Positions 44,801 to 55,569 of a stretch of DNA of 64,000 nt are shown here, piece by piece. The notes beneath the pieces were generated by a model. It had not been told where the DNA came from. It did no database searches and saw only the letters and a list, made by a program, of their open reading frames with translations. The translations under genes and the position numbers were made by a program. The DNA comes from an uncultured delta proteobacterium (GTDB taxonomy: Bacteria; Desulfobacterota; Syntrophobacteria; Syntrophobacterales; Syntrophobacteraceae): the NCBI GenBank assembly GCA_963808625.1, contig CAWEHK010000025.1, forward strand, positions 64,001-128,000, in the 5' to 3' direction. Every line of letters starts with the position of its first letter. The first letter of the stretch is position 1.

Positions 44801-47081
44801 TTTGTACAGTTTAACGGTAACGACCGGAGATCCCTTCCTCGCCGCTGTCCTGCACGCCGTCGCCGTTCCAGTCCCGCCAGACGAAGTCGCCGATGGTGCC
44901 GGCGCCCAACGCTAACACAGGCCGCCGAAGCCGGTGGTGATGGGCACACCGTTCTGGGTCACCGAATAGGTGTTGCAGTAGTACGCCGGGGCTGGCGTTC
45001 GCAGGGACATTGGCCCGGAAGGTGATGGTGAGCTGGTTGTTGGCCGCGATCGCGGCCGGGATGGTGAACAGGGGCTGGTTGAGGCTGTTGGGGCTGGCGG
45101 TGCTGACCGTCGGGGTGATCGCCGCACCGTTGACCTTGGCCACGGGCGTGTAAGTCGCATCATAGGTGAACCCGGTGGGCAGGAATTCCTTCACCGTCAC
45201 CGGGCTGCCGGTGGGGCCGCCGCCGATGTTCCTTGACCAGGACGTCATAGATCACCGTGCCGCCGGGCGTCACGGTGGTGGATCGCGCGGTCTTCGTGGG
45301 CACCAGGAAGGGATAAGGCCCCGAGACGGTGGTGTCACATGCGGATTGCGGAGGCATCTGGTCCGAGTAGACCGTCATGCAGTTGTCGACATACCCGGTG
45401 GCGCTGGCCTTGACGGTGACGATGGCCTCGAATTTCTCGCCCGGCAGCAGCGTGCCGACGTTCCACACCAGCGGGTTGGGGCCGGTGCTCTGGGCCGGGA
45501 ACAGCACTGATGAAGGTCACGCCGCTGGGCAGGGTGTCCTTCACCACCACGTTTGTCAGGGAAAAGGCCTGGAGGTTGTAGACCTTTACCGGGTACTGGT
45601 AGGTATCGCCGGACTTGATGAGCTCCTTGTCGGCGGGCTTGCCCGGCAGCACACAGAGATTCATCTCGATTTCAGTGGGTTCGTAGTAGCGCCACAGGTG
45701 GTCTTTGCCGTTGTCGGTGCCGCCGGCGTCCCCGCCAAAGGTGTCGCCGTGCAGGTAGGGGCAGCCGTCGGGGTCGGTGATGTTGGCCGTGCTGCTGGTC
45801 ACCCTGATCTTGACCCAGGCATACTCGGGCCGGTAGGCGGTGAGCTGGCCGACGGCCCAGCGGATGGCATTGGTGCTGGTGGTCGGTCTGCGACAGCGGA
45901 TTGCTGGGGCTGACGGCATAGCGCCGATGCTGCCGGCATCCTTGCTGGCATAGCCGAGCACGGTCGGAGATCAGGCCGGGCTGGTCGTAGGAGACGCGGC
46001 TGCCGGGATACTTGATGCGTTTCCAGGGGCCGATCTGGTCGGTGCTCATGGCCGCCTGCATGTGCGGCGGGTCCGGGGGCTACCGCTGCGCCACTTTAGT
46101 CCCAGTCGAAGTTCCATGCGTAGCCGCTCTGCGGGCCGGCGACGCCGCTGGCGAAACCCCAGGGGGCGTTGCCGCGGCCGTCGGCGTAGTCGACGATGGC
46201 GTTGGCCGCCACGCCGCGCGGCAGCACTGTAAGTCGTGCCCTTGGCGCCCCAGCCATAGAGCTGCTCGGCATCCCACTTGTTGCAGGGCACGACCACGTC
46301 GCCCGAGTTGTTGGTGATGGTCCGGCCGTTCGGCACGATGCCTTTGAGCGCCGCGATGGCGAGGCTGCCGCAGTGGTTGGCGGTGAATCGGCATCGTTCC
46401 AGTCGCTTGCCGCTCCGCCGTTGGCCTTGGTGAAGCGCTGCCAGGAACCGTAGGCCGTGTCGGGGTCGGTGGAGTAGAAGATGCCGGTGTCGCCGTAGAC
46501 GCCGGCGATAGTGCCGAGATGCAGGCCGCTGCGGGGTTACCGCCGTCGAGGAAAGCGCCGCTGGCGGTGCTGTCTGAACAGCGTGCTGAAGCCCACGAGC
46601 TGGCGGTGGCCTTGGCGCCGATGGGGCCGGCGCCGACCGCGATGGGCGACTGGCCCTTCATGGCCGCCTTGTCGTAACCGCCGGCGCCGTTGGGAATGAC
46701 GTAGCCGACATCAACCACCTCCACGCCCTCGGGGACGTAGAAGTCGATGTGGCCGCCGACGCCGGTGGTGGTGCCGTCGCGCGGAATCACCTTGATAATG
46801 ATGCCGAGCTCATCGCCCACCTGGAGCACCGGCTGGCCGGGCGCCCAGCTCCGGCAGGCCAGGCAGACCAATAGCAGCACAGGAGGCGGGTAGGGCGTGG
46901 TGACCTCGAGGCGGGCATCGATACAGGCCTGGGTCTCGGGGTCGAAGAACATGTAAACCATGCGGGTCTGCAGGTTGTGCGCCCAGATGGCGGTGACGCT
47001 TACCAGGGTAAGGACGAATCCCAACGTGACGATCCACCCAAGCTTTTGCCGCTTCGTTCTCGTGCCGCTCTGTGTCTTCAT
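32825..47081 (-). CDS. Giant secreted adhesin-peptidase (~4700 aa if indels are repaired): DUF11, SdrD B-like repeats, DNRLRE-like domains, FN3-like domain, C-terminal C25 gingipain-like peptidase
   Basis: Signal peptide from ATG 47081; [13 protein letters not shown] (DUF11); many IGD.VW.D.NGDG.Q..GE.GI..VTV...TTT...G.Y.F..L...DFGY repeats; ALL.F.LS..P.GA.I.SATL; C25 motifs [38 protein letters not shown]; same domain content continues across the frameshifts. Confidence 0.82.
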
Positions 47082-48047
47082 TGACTGTCTCCTAAGATCT
47101 CGTCTTTTATATGAAACTCAAAAACCTAAATCGTTTACGCTGGAATTGTTCCCCGAAAACTTCCATTTCCTCAATTCACAAAAAACGCGTGTCGCCGGAG
47201 ATGAATTTCAAGTTAACGAGTTTTCCAATAATCTACCGGCTTATTGCAGCCCAGAGAATCTATATGCATCGCACTGCAACAGATCAACCCGAAAAAATAC
47301 TGCATTTGCACCAATGAGCACCGCGACATCCCCGCACGGGTGCAGACAAGTGAAAAGCAATTGCATAACTGGCTTGATGGACCATCTCCTCATCCAACGA
47401 ACTCATTTCCTGCGGCAGTCGTGCGCCGTCAGAAACTTCAAGAGAATCTCAAACAGTCCTGAAGTTGACGCAAGTGGTTATTCTTCCAACCCATCATGTT
47501 TGATCGTCTCGCAAAAAGGCCCACAAGGTGTTTCTTCGTCATTCCGGCGAATGCCGGAATCCAGTGCTTTCAATCAGTCGGAAAATGCCTGACCCCGGTT
47601 TTCACCGAGGTGACCACTTTTTGCTGCCTTGTTGTATCTATGCAAATCAAATGCCGACTTGGTCACTATTTAATAGGGAATATCGGATAATCAGCGTTCA
47701 AATCACAATGATTCGCCTATGCCTGAAGCAAGTGTTTCCGGTAAGAGCGGATGTGATGATAAAAAGGTCCTTTGCATCTCTACTTTTGGTAGAGTCTCTG
47801 ATCCCCCGCCAAGCCCGTCCGAACCTTTCAATTCCATAATCCGCCCGCGTTCCTGCGCCTCCCCTCGCCACCCAGGCTCATGTCCGGCGACTCTACTATT
47901 GGTAGAGTCCATGATGACCCGCTCCCGCGAAAGGGACATTTCCCGGCAGTATCCAAAGAGCGTCACCGACCGGAGCGGACCCGACCCTTCCGCACAGGAA
48001 CATGCACTCAGGGGGACCGGCACTCCACTTGGCATTTGCTGGGCCAT

Positions 48048-48798
48048 TTATCTCACCTCTTCCGCACAGGAACATGCACTCAGCGGGACCCGGACCGTGA
48101 TGTGGACCCCGCTTCCAGGCTTTGCTCCGGCCTTGAGGGAGCCGCGAACCAGGCTTATCCGTTCCCGCACGGCGCCAAATCCTAAACCCCTTTTGTCTCC
48201 TGTCTCTCCCTGGTCGCACCCGATTCTGTCATCTCGGACAGAGAGGTGGAGAGCGCCTCCCTTCACTCCGAGAAACACGACTACCTTGCCGGCCGAGGCG
48301 TCCTGGCCTACGTTTTTCAGCGCTTCCTGCACGATCCGAAAGATGCAGATGGCTGGTTCGATTGGTAAATCGGACAGGAACTGCCCGCGACCGAAATCTT
48401 ACCTCGATCCCTTCCTCCTGCTGGAAGGCAAGACACTCCGAACGGATCGCCTCAACCAGCCCAAGGTCCTCCAGGATGGCCGGGTAGAGTTTTTTGCAAA
48501 AACGGTGCGCATGCTCCGCCAGCTTGACGGAACAGTTCTTGATCTCACTGATACGCGTCAAAAGCGGAGTCGCCGACTTTTGGGCTTCCTCTTCGAGCAT
48601 TCCCGCCTGGATCGCCAGGGCGGCCAGTTGCTGCGTAAGTTGATCTCCCACTTCCCGCCGCAAGCGCCGTCGTTCCTCTTCCTCGTTCATGATCAACTGG
48701 TGAAAAAGCACGCGGTAATACTCGCGGTCCTCGAACCGATTTTCCTCGGACTCGGGGGCAGCGTTCGCATTCGTCGCATTATTAAGGGAAGGTCTCAT
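48048..48798 (-). CDS. NarX/UhpB-type (HisKA_3) histidine kinase-like protein, frameshifted and possibly degenerate
   Basis: EEEERRRLRREVGDQLTQQL, LYPAILEDLGLVEAI, QEALKNV, GLGFGAVRERI..VRG, G.GVHITVRVP; the expected phospho-His appears substituted. Confidence 0.62.
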
Positions 48799-48869
48799 GA
48801 TCCTATCCGCAATCGGTGTTCACGTCTACTTGCGGCAAACATTCTCGGTGCTTTCCTGTCCGGCCCTTA

Positions 48870-49023
48870 GTACACCCCCGCATAAATAGGTGTCCGAATT
48901 CGAGAGGTCATTCCCGCGTGTTTCTGGCGGGAATCCAGGGTGGGCAAATTCTCTGGATTCCCGCTAAAAGCATGCGGGAATGACGCCCTGGGGTAATGGA
49001 CACTCTATTCTGCGGTGCTGTAC
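48870..49023. mobile_element. ~154-bp MITE with GTAC ends carrying a GTCATTCCCGC..GGGAATCC REP doublet
   Basis: Ends gtacacccccgca..gtgtcc / ggacac..tgcggtgctgtac; CTTAG on both flanks; second copy at 55130-55284. Confidence 0.75.
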
Positions 49024-49539
49024 TTAGAACAGGAGGACATCGACTCAAAAAAATCCTGTTAGCCTTTGTATCGCAAATAGTTTTCCGGTGGGAATTCGAA
49101 AGAATACTGCAGCGAGCCGCAAAAAATACTGCGAGGGAAATGAGGAAAACGACGCGGCGCGAGGGGGATAAAGGCTAAGAGGAAGAGGGGCTTTGCTGTC
49201 AACCCCGGCCGCTCGTGACTTGTCCGATTTGACAAGACTTCCCGGCGGGTGGGAAGCCCAGCCGCTATTGCATTGCTCCGGTGAGACCCCTTCATTGGCC
49301 GGAAAAAACTTCCCCGGAAATGCTGGAATCAAGCGTCTCCAACACTTGCCGTAGCGTGGGGAGCCGGGAAGGAGATCACAACGGCGTTATTGGGGTGCGA
49401 AGTGTCTCTCCGCTCTTCGCTCCGCGAGATGGATGCAGGCGAGCGGCTGCGAAGTCTCTCAGAAAGGACCGAAACCATCCGGGACGAAAGGATCCGCTCC
49501 CTCTCTTGATGTTCGGCGGGTTTGCATTCTCGGGGCTGT

Positions 49540-49983
49540 CTACTTGAGAATTGCTTTCAAAAGCGGGTGTGGTTTTGAAGCATAGGGGTCGACTACCGTG
49601 ACGCCTCGCCAGGTGAAGCCGTCTTGGAAGTCCTCGCTCAACAATAACCGGGAATGGTTTTCAGCAGAGACCGAAACGATCAGCGCGTCCCAAATCTGCA
49701 ACCCGTGATCGTTGGACAGGTCCATTGCCGACTTAAGCGCCTCCCAGGTGGTATCCACCACATCGAAACAGTCTGTCCAGCTGAGGATGGCTTCACGGGC
49801 AGAGGCAGGGGTTCGACCGGCTTTGCCGGTCAGCACCCGGTAAAGCTCTCCAAGCACTTGAGTCGAAATAATCACCGACTCCTCAGGCAGGCGACTGATC
49901 AGCAACACCGACACGTCTCGTTTCACCGGATCTCCCACGCCCTCAGCATAAGCAAGAATATTGGTGTCAAGAGCAACCCTCAT
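49540..49983 (-). CDS. PIN-domain toxin (VapC family)
   Basis: MRVALDTNILAYAE, STQVLGE, IWDALI, LLSEDFQDG. Confidence 0.9.
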   Translation of the reverse strand: MRVALDTNILAYAEGVGDPVKRDVSVLLISRLPEESVIISTQVLGELYRVLTGKAGRTPASAREAILSWTDCFDVVDTTWEALKSAMDLSNDHGLQIWDALIVSVSAENHSRLLLSEDFQDGFTWRGVTVVDPYASKPHPLLKAILK

Positions 49984-49988
49984 CCGAA

Positions 49989-50225
49989 TCAGTCCTCGTA
50001 TAATTCGTCTCGGGTCCACTTGCTGGTCCCGGTGACTTTCTGGTTCTGCAATCGAGCTATGAGCGTCTCTCTGGCTGATGGGCGCTCAGCATCCCTGGCC
50101 AGGGCGGGACCTATGGTTGCCACGGGTTTTCCACGAGAAAGCACGAGATATACTTCGCCCTGCCTGGCCTCCCTCAACAGGGCGGAGAAGTTTCGGTTGG
50201 CCTCTGCTGCGGTTACCGTTTTCAT
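49989..50225 (-). CDS. Phd/YefM-family antitoxin
   Basis: MKTVTAAEANRNFSALLREARQGEVYLVLSRGKPVA; KWTRDELYE; GGAGG RBS. Confidence 0.88.
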   Translation of the reverse strand: MKTVTAAEANRNFSALLREARQGEVYLVLSRGKPVATIGPALARDAERPSARETLIARLQNQKVTGTSKWTRDELYED

Positions 50226-50339
50226 GGTTGCCTCCATTATGTAGTGTTGAAAACTACAATAGAAATCAATGAGCGATTTTGTCAACGGTTCTCTTGAAGA
50301 TCTTCCAGAGCGCTTCCCGCACACGAGTGATGCGGTGGA

Positions 50340-50800
50340 AGCCGGACGGATAGATGATATGGTGCAGGTCGGGTCCAAATCATCCCTTCGCTCCGGCAGA
50401 TAGATGCAGGAGAGCGCCTGAGACGTTTCGCAAAATGACCCGAATCCATCGGGGCCGACGAAAACGCGTCGTTTCGAAAGCTCGGGGTGGACCAGCGGCA
50501 GGTGCTCGTAGCTCCCCAGAAAGTAAGCGGCTTCATCCGGCCACATGCGCATGGTGGGATAGCCCGGGCGACCGATGAAGATGCCGCCGGTCTCTTCCAC
50601 GGGCAGGATGTCGTCGGTCAAGAGCGGACAACCCACTTGCATCATCGCCGCAGCGAGGGAGCTCTTGCCGCCGTAGTTGCTCGACAGGAACGCCGCCGCT
50701 CTTCCATTGGCCACCACGGCCGCGGCATGCAACGCTCGAATCCCTTGCCGCTCGAGCCAGTACGAAAGCACGTCTCCCAGTTTTCGAACCATAACGGATG
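50340..50800 (-). pseudogene. Fragment of an HPr-kinase-like protein of the kind found in RRE/lasso-peptide clusters
   Basis: LERQGIRALHAAAV, GGKSSLAAA, LLTDDILPV, PGYPTMRMWPD; both ends appear missing. Confidence 0.65.
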
Positions 50801-51199
50801 GCGGATCTGTTTGACAAGTGAAGATCAAGTCGGCAGGTGCTTCGCTTTGAGGACCGTTCTTTGCGTTCGGTGAGCTTGAAAGAAACCGAGAAACAAATTG
50901 GAATTCAGTTAACAGCGTCACCCCGAAAACGCCGTGAGTGCTCGAGTCGCCGCCTTGTTTCAGGTTCATATTGAAATGATTCGTTCTAGATTTTTCACAT
51001 GGTGGCTGATTTCTCATCCTTCGGCTGAATTTGCATTGAAAGTCTCACACGGCTCTCACGCGGCAGAATTTCGCTCGGGCTCTTTGCCATCCGGACGTTC
51101 TCCAGCCTGCCCCGTGGACCCGGGACTTGCCTGCAACATGATCCCCTCTTCCACCATGTCTTTCAGAATTTGATCAACCGTTTGTCGCAAGGACAGACG

Positions 51200-51933
51200 T
51201 CACTGCAACGCTTTTTCAACCAGGGCTTCAAAGTCAGCAGCAGTCTGACAGTTCTTCATTTGCCGCCGCAAAAGGCGCAATACTTCATGACTCCGAATCT
51301 GATGGAGTTTTCCGATGAGGCTTTGAGATGGAACACCGAAATGCATTTCGATAAGATCGAGGATGACTTCACAAGCCTCTTGGAGCCTGCCTTGCATCAA
51401 GCCTTCCAAAAGCCCTTCTTTCCCTCTTCTTTCCCTTCATGAAACCATTGTTCTGCAAGAGTTGACATGATTGCGCCTCCTTCAGGCATATTCGAGAGGG
51501 CTCTCTCAAAATCCTGACTGGTCAACTTATCGGTACCCTGAACAAGGTACCGGGGCCCAGGCCCCGGTTCCCTGAAAGAACCAGTGGCAGAATGACGGGA
51601 AGTCTCGTTAGACTGGCGAAGGTGCAGTTCCCAGATCCGAATCATGTACTTGAGAAGCTGAAAAGCGGTGAACCGGTCCGAAAAACTCTTGTGCTCGAAT
51701 AGAACATAGATGTAGGCCCGGCTATCGGCCAACTTCACCTCATAGAGCAGGTCGGAAAAGGATTCTCTGAGCTCCTCGTCAATGAAGGAATCCTTCCTGA
51801 TCTCCATAGTCCCGAGATCAAGAGTCTGAAGGACTTCCGACGGCAAGTGATTGGCGAGGAAGTCCACCGCCGTGTTCTTACGGGAGAAAACTTCTTTAAA
51901 GAACCTGTCATGAGGATTGGCTACTTTGTGCAC
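51200..51933 (-). pseudogene. Rpn-family recombination-promoting nuclease/putative transposase with an internal deletion
   Basis: NPHDRFFKEVF, DSFID..L....SDLLY, YVLFEHKS; central part missing; C-terminal MSTLAEQW..EG..EG. Confidence 0.8.
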
Positions 51934-52229
51934 GGTTGAGACCCCATGGTGTTTGAGTGTTCTATTGCTCCCCCAATCCATCAGTTGCCTGCCTTGCCCA
52001 TTTGACAAGATATTCGAATACGATATTAGCGCAACTACTCTGAAAAAGCTATGCTTCTTGGGTTTCTCCCAAGCGCATGTGATGAAGTCGGGATGGGTTG
52101 AGATGACAGATGATGCGATCCCGCATGCAGGGAAGATGCTGGAAGCCGGAAGGGTAGATAACGCGTCGGCCGCGCACTTCCTTCCAGATTCTGCGAGTCA
52201 GGCTCGAATTCTCATTGTCACGGGACGGC

Positions 52230-52469
52230 TGCCGCAAATTGCGAACGTCAATGCCAAAAATCTCTTCCGAATTCCAGTGGAGACTGAGAAGCCAAAAGTT
52301 TTCCCGAAGGAGAAGGTGGCTTGCAGGCCCTTCTCGAAGAAAGAGAGGAGCGATGAAGTTTTGGGATGCTTCCGCGATCGTCTACCGTGACGCCTCGCCA
52401 GGTAAAGCCGTCTTGGAGGTCCGCGCTCAGCAATAGCCGGGAATGGCTTTCAGCAGAGACCGAAAAGAT
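52230..52469. pseudogene. Scrambled toxin-antitoxin relics
   Basis: Plus strand: antitoxin tail LLEEREER and PIN start MKFWDASAIV; minus strand 52382-52469: copy of PIN segment 49593-49680. Confidence 0.6.
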
Positions 52470-52716
52470 GTCACCAAGAGCATAGGCCAATATTTTCTGC
52501 TGGTTTTTCTGAGATTTGAAAAAGGAGTTTTGCGGAGTATGATAAATAGGTGAATGTATACCGGTGGCACAAGTCATCGGCAATGGAACAGATAGCAACC
52601 GAGAGTTTTTGAGAATCAATTTCCGCATCAGGCGAGCAGGCAGTACCGGGCGCCAAGAAGGCGACTGCCCGAAGAATCAGGGCACGGCGAAATCGATTAA
52701 CAGAAAGGAGACGGAT

Positions 52717-52965
52717 ATGCCCGAAGATCAACTTCTTCATCGTATTACCGTCAATCGAGAGATTTTCGGAGGAAAACCGATCATCCGAGGGATGAGGATC
52801 TCGGTGGAACTTATCCTTAGTCTGCTTGCTCAGGGCGAAAGCGTTGAGGGTCTTCTTGAGGATTACCCGCAACTTGATCAGGAGGACATTCGAGCTTGTC
52901 TGGCCTATGCACGTGCGGTGATTGCCCATGATACGCTTGATGAGGTGCAGATTCAAAGCAGGTAG
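52717..52965 (+). CDS. DUF433-family antitoxin
   Basis: RITVNREIFGGKPIIRGMRISV..IL..LAQG......YPQL..EDIRACLAYA. Confidence 0.92.
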   Translation: MPEDQLLHRITVNREIFGGKPIIRGMRISVELILSLLAQGESVEGLLEDYPQLDQEDIRACLAYARAVIAHDTLDEVQIQSR

Positions 52966-52973
52966 CAAAGGAT

Positions 52974-53330
52974 ATGAGATTCCTCGTTGACCGCTGTGCC
53001 GGCTGCAAGCTGGCAAGATGGCTCATAAGTCATGGCCACGACGTTATCGAATCAAGCGCCATGGGACCGGATCCGGGCGATCTCCAGGTACTGGAGTGGG
53101 CATTTAGTCAGGAACGCATCCTGATCACTATTGATACGGATTTTGGTAAACTGGTATATGCCGGCGGTGTGAATCACTGCGGTATGGTTCGGCTCCCTGA
53201 TGTTCCGGCGGAAAAACGCATTCAGTTGATGGAACTGGTCCTCAACCGTTATCAAGAAGCCCTTGAAACGGGTGCGATCATTACTGTTCGCGGCGAGAGG
53301 ATCCGGGTGTCAAGACCGAAATTCAATTGA
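52974..53330 (+). CDS. DUF5615 PIN-like toxin
   Basis: MRFLVD, GHDV, D..VLEWA..QERILITIDTDFG; paired with DUF433. Confidence 0.9.
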   Translation: MRFLVDRCAGCKLARWLISHGHDVIESSAMGPDPGDLQVLEWAFSQERILITIDTDFGKLVYAGGVNHCGMVRLPDVPAEKRIQLMELVLNRYQEALETGAIITVRGERIRVSRPKFN

Positions 53331-53403
53331 CCTCATTTCCTTCTCATTTCTTCCTTAGCGGTTGCTGGCAAGGCCATCGGATGGGAAGGACCCGCCCGAA
53401 CTC

Positions 53404-54927
53404 TCACTCATCTTCTCCAACCACGGTGAAATCGAAGCTTTCGCGGGACAGAAGGAGGCCCGTCACCTGGTCATACAGGCCGAGGCGCTGCGTGTAAACA
53501 CCGGGCGGCATGTCGGCCTTGACCTGGTATTTGTAGTTTTTGACGGTCCTCTCGTCTTCCTTAAGGAAAAGTTTCCAGGTCTGCCGGTCCTTCAGCTCGC
53601 CCTGGGCATCCTGCACTTCGCGCTGGAGCCTGACCGGGAATTTCTCGTCCGTGGTGTTGAGCATCGTCGCGGTGTAATGGAGCTCCTTACCGGGCAATAA
53701 AATGGGGTTGTTGGCCTTGAGCTTCAGGGGAAAGCGCTCGGCCCATTCGATCAGCAACAGGCAGGCCGGCTTGAGGTCTTCCCAGATGGGCAGAATTTCC
53801 GATTCCGGGGTGAGGAAAGTCCCGGTGCCCAGCTCGATCCCGAAGTCGGGAACGCCGAAGAGGCCGTAGTCCCAGTCAACGCTCGAGCCGGCAGCCGGGG
53901 GCGCCTGTGAAAACGAGTAGCCCTGGCCGCGCACGTTGAAAATGGCCTGCGACATCTGCCCGGCAAGCTCATTCAGGCTGGGTTGATCGACAGCCGGATC
54001 GCGAGAACCGGACCAGGGGTAGTAGATGATCTGGCCGTAGCTGTGAAAGGATACGCCGGCACTGAAGCGAGTGGCCATCCCGAGCTTCATGATCGCCTGC
54101 ACCTCGGGTTCGGAAGCCGCTTCCGGCCCACGGTAAATATCCGAGCAGGCCTGATCGCTCGTTCCCGGACCTCCCCACTTAAAGCTGAAGTTTCGATTCA
54201 GGTCGACCCCGTAGCAGCCGCCGGGATCGACGCGCCGGTTCTTGCGCCACAGGCGGTCCACAGCGACCGTGTACTGATGGCCGTCGGGGTTCGCCATGGG
54301 TACGATCCAGATTTCCGCTTTGTTCACCAGGGCCTTCACGCTTTCATCGGAATCATAGTTTTCAACCAGGAATTTCGCCAAAAGCATCGGGACCTCGACG
54401 CCGATCCACTCGCGGGCATGCAGGCCGCCCACAAAAAGAATATCGGGCTCGAGGGCCTGGTCGGTTTTCACCCCGTCGCTGATCTTGAGCGCCCAGATCG
54501 TGCGCCCTTCGTGGCTGCTGCCGAGGTTGTGGACCCTGGCAATTTTGGGATGTTTTGCGGCCAGTTGGTGCAGTTCCCGGTCAACTTCAGCGTAGGTATG
54601 GAACGCTCCCGCGTCGCTTTGAGCGGCGAGAAGCTGCCGCTGAGCACCCAGGTATTCGGCCGAGGTGCGATACAGGATATGGACCGTGTAGCCTTGGTCC
54701 CGAATGGCAGCCAGCTCGGCATCGGTAACATCGGCGATCAGATGGTTGGGCTGCACTTCCCATATAGCGCCGAAGTTCGAGAGGACCGCAACGTCTTCAG
54801 GGCCGTGAATGTCCACCCGGATAATGCGAAACTCATCCCCGGCGGCCACGGTCTGAGGCAGCGCCAGCCCAAGAGAGAGCAACAATGAAACACCACACAG
54901 CAAAACGTCTCGCAACAGTTTTTTCAT
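53404..54927 (-). CDS. Secreted M14 zinc carboxypeptidase (carboxypeptidase T-like) with prodomain and C-terminal Ig-like domain
   Basis: HAREW, NPDG, WRKNR, GVDLNRNF, SEPE, SFHSYGQ, IEL; signal peptide. Confidence 0.93.
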   Translation of the reverse strand: MKKLLRDVLLCGVSLLLSLGLALPQTVAAGDEFRIIRVDIHGPEDVAVLSNFGAIWEVQPNHLIADVTDAELAAIRDQGYTVHILYRTSAEYLGAQRQLLAAQSDAGAFHTYAEVDRELHQLAAKHPKIARVHNLGSSHEGRTIWALKISDGVKTDQALEPDILFVGGLHAREWIGVEVPMLLAKFLVENYDSDESVKALVNKAEIWIVPMANPDGHQYTVAVDRLWRKNRRVDPGGCYGVDLNRNFSFKWGGPGTSDQACSDIYRGPEAASEPEVQAIMKLGMATRFSAGVSFHSYGQIIYYPWSGSRDPAVDQPSLNELAGQMSQAIFNVRGQGYSFSQAPPAAGSSVDWDYGLFGVPDFGIELGTGTFLTPESEILPIWEDLKPACLLLIEWAERFPLKLKANNPILLPGKELHYTATMLNTTDEKFPVRLQREVQDAQGELKDRQTWKLFLKEDERTVKNYKYQVKADMPPGVYTQRLGLYDQVTGLLLSRESFDFTVVGEDE

Positions 54928-55129
54928 CTTAAGTTCCTCGAATTTCGGTGGTTACGTGCACCCTCATTTTGGCAGACTCGGGAATTAACCGCAGAGCACG
55001 CTGAGAGCGCAACGCAGCCGATTGCCGCAACCAAAAAAATTAACCGCAGAGAGCACAGCGCAGCCGATGGCCGGATCCCAAAAAATTAACCGCAGAGATC
55101 GCAGAGGTCGCAGAGAAAACAATGACTTC

Positions 55130-55284
55130 GTACGCCCCCGCACAAATGGGTGTCCGAATGCCACTCGTCATTCCCGCGTGTTTCTGGCGGGAATCCAGGC
55201 TGTGCAAATTCCCTGGATTCCCGCTAAGAGCATGCGGGAATGACGACCGGGTGGCAATGGGCACTTTATTCTGCTGTGCTGTAC
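55130..55284. mobile_element. Second copy of the GTAC-ended MITE, nested in a CGCAGAG-repeat element
   Basis: Similar to 48870-49023; its flanks resemble the element at 27425-27591. Confidence 0.72.
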
Positions 55285-55517
55285 TAAGGTTCAAATTATT
55301 TAAATCTAATCAAGGTTCTTGTCCAACTTTTTGTTTTCTCTGCGTTCTCTGCGTTCTCTGCGGTTAATTCTTTTGGTTACGGCTTGCACAAGACGGCTAT
55401 AGCACTTCGGTTATCGCACAAGACGGCAAAGACGAGACGCCGCATCAAACTGGAACCAAAAGCGGGCTCAAGAATCATCTCGAACCCGCTTGCCTCGCGC
55501 CGGTGCAGGGAAAGGAG

Positions 55518-55550
55518 GAATGACAGGCCCCTTGCGAGGGCCTGTCATTC
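55518..55550 (-). terminator. Hairpin terminator downstream of the riboswitch-controlled gene
   Basis: gaatgacaggccc-loop-gggcctgtcattc, 20 nt after the stop at 55570. Confidence 0.65.
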
Positions 55551-55569
55551 GCATCAGGGGGTCATTGAT

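Noticed and set aside
49150..49480. Possible structured ncRNA
   Set aside because: GC-rich intergenic sequence with no recognisable family motif; cannot be supported without a covariance search.
49989..51017. 342-aa kinase-antitoxin fusion protein
   Set aside because: The antitoxin has its own GGAGG RBS and ATG at 50225; the in-frame link to the kinase fragment looks accidental.
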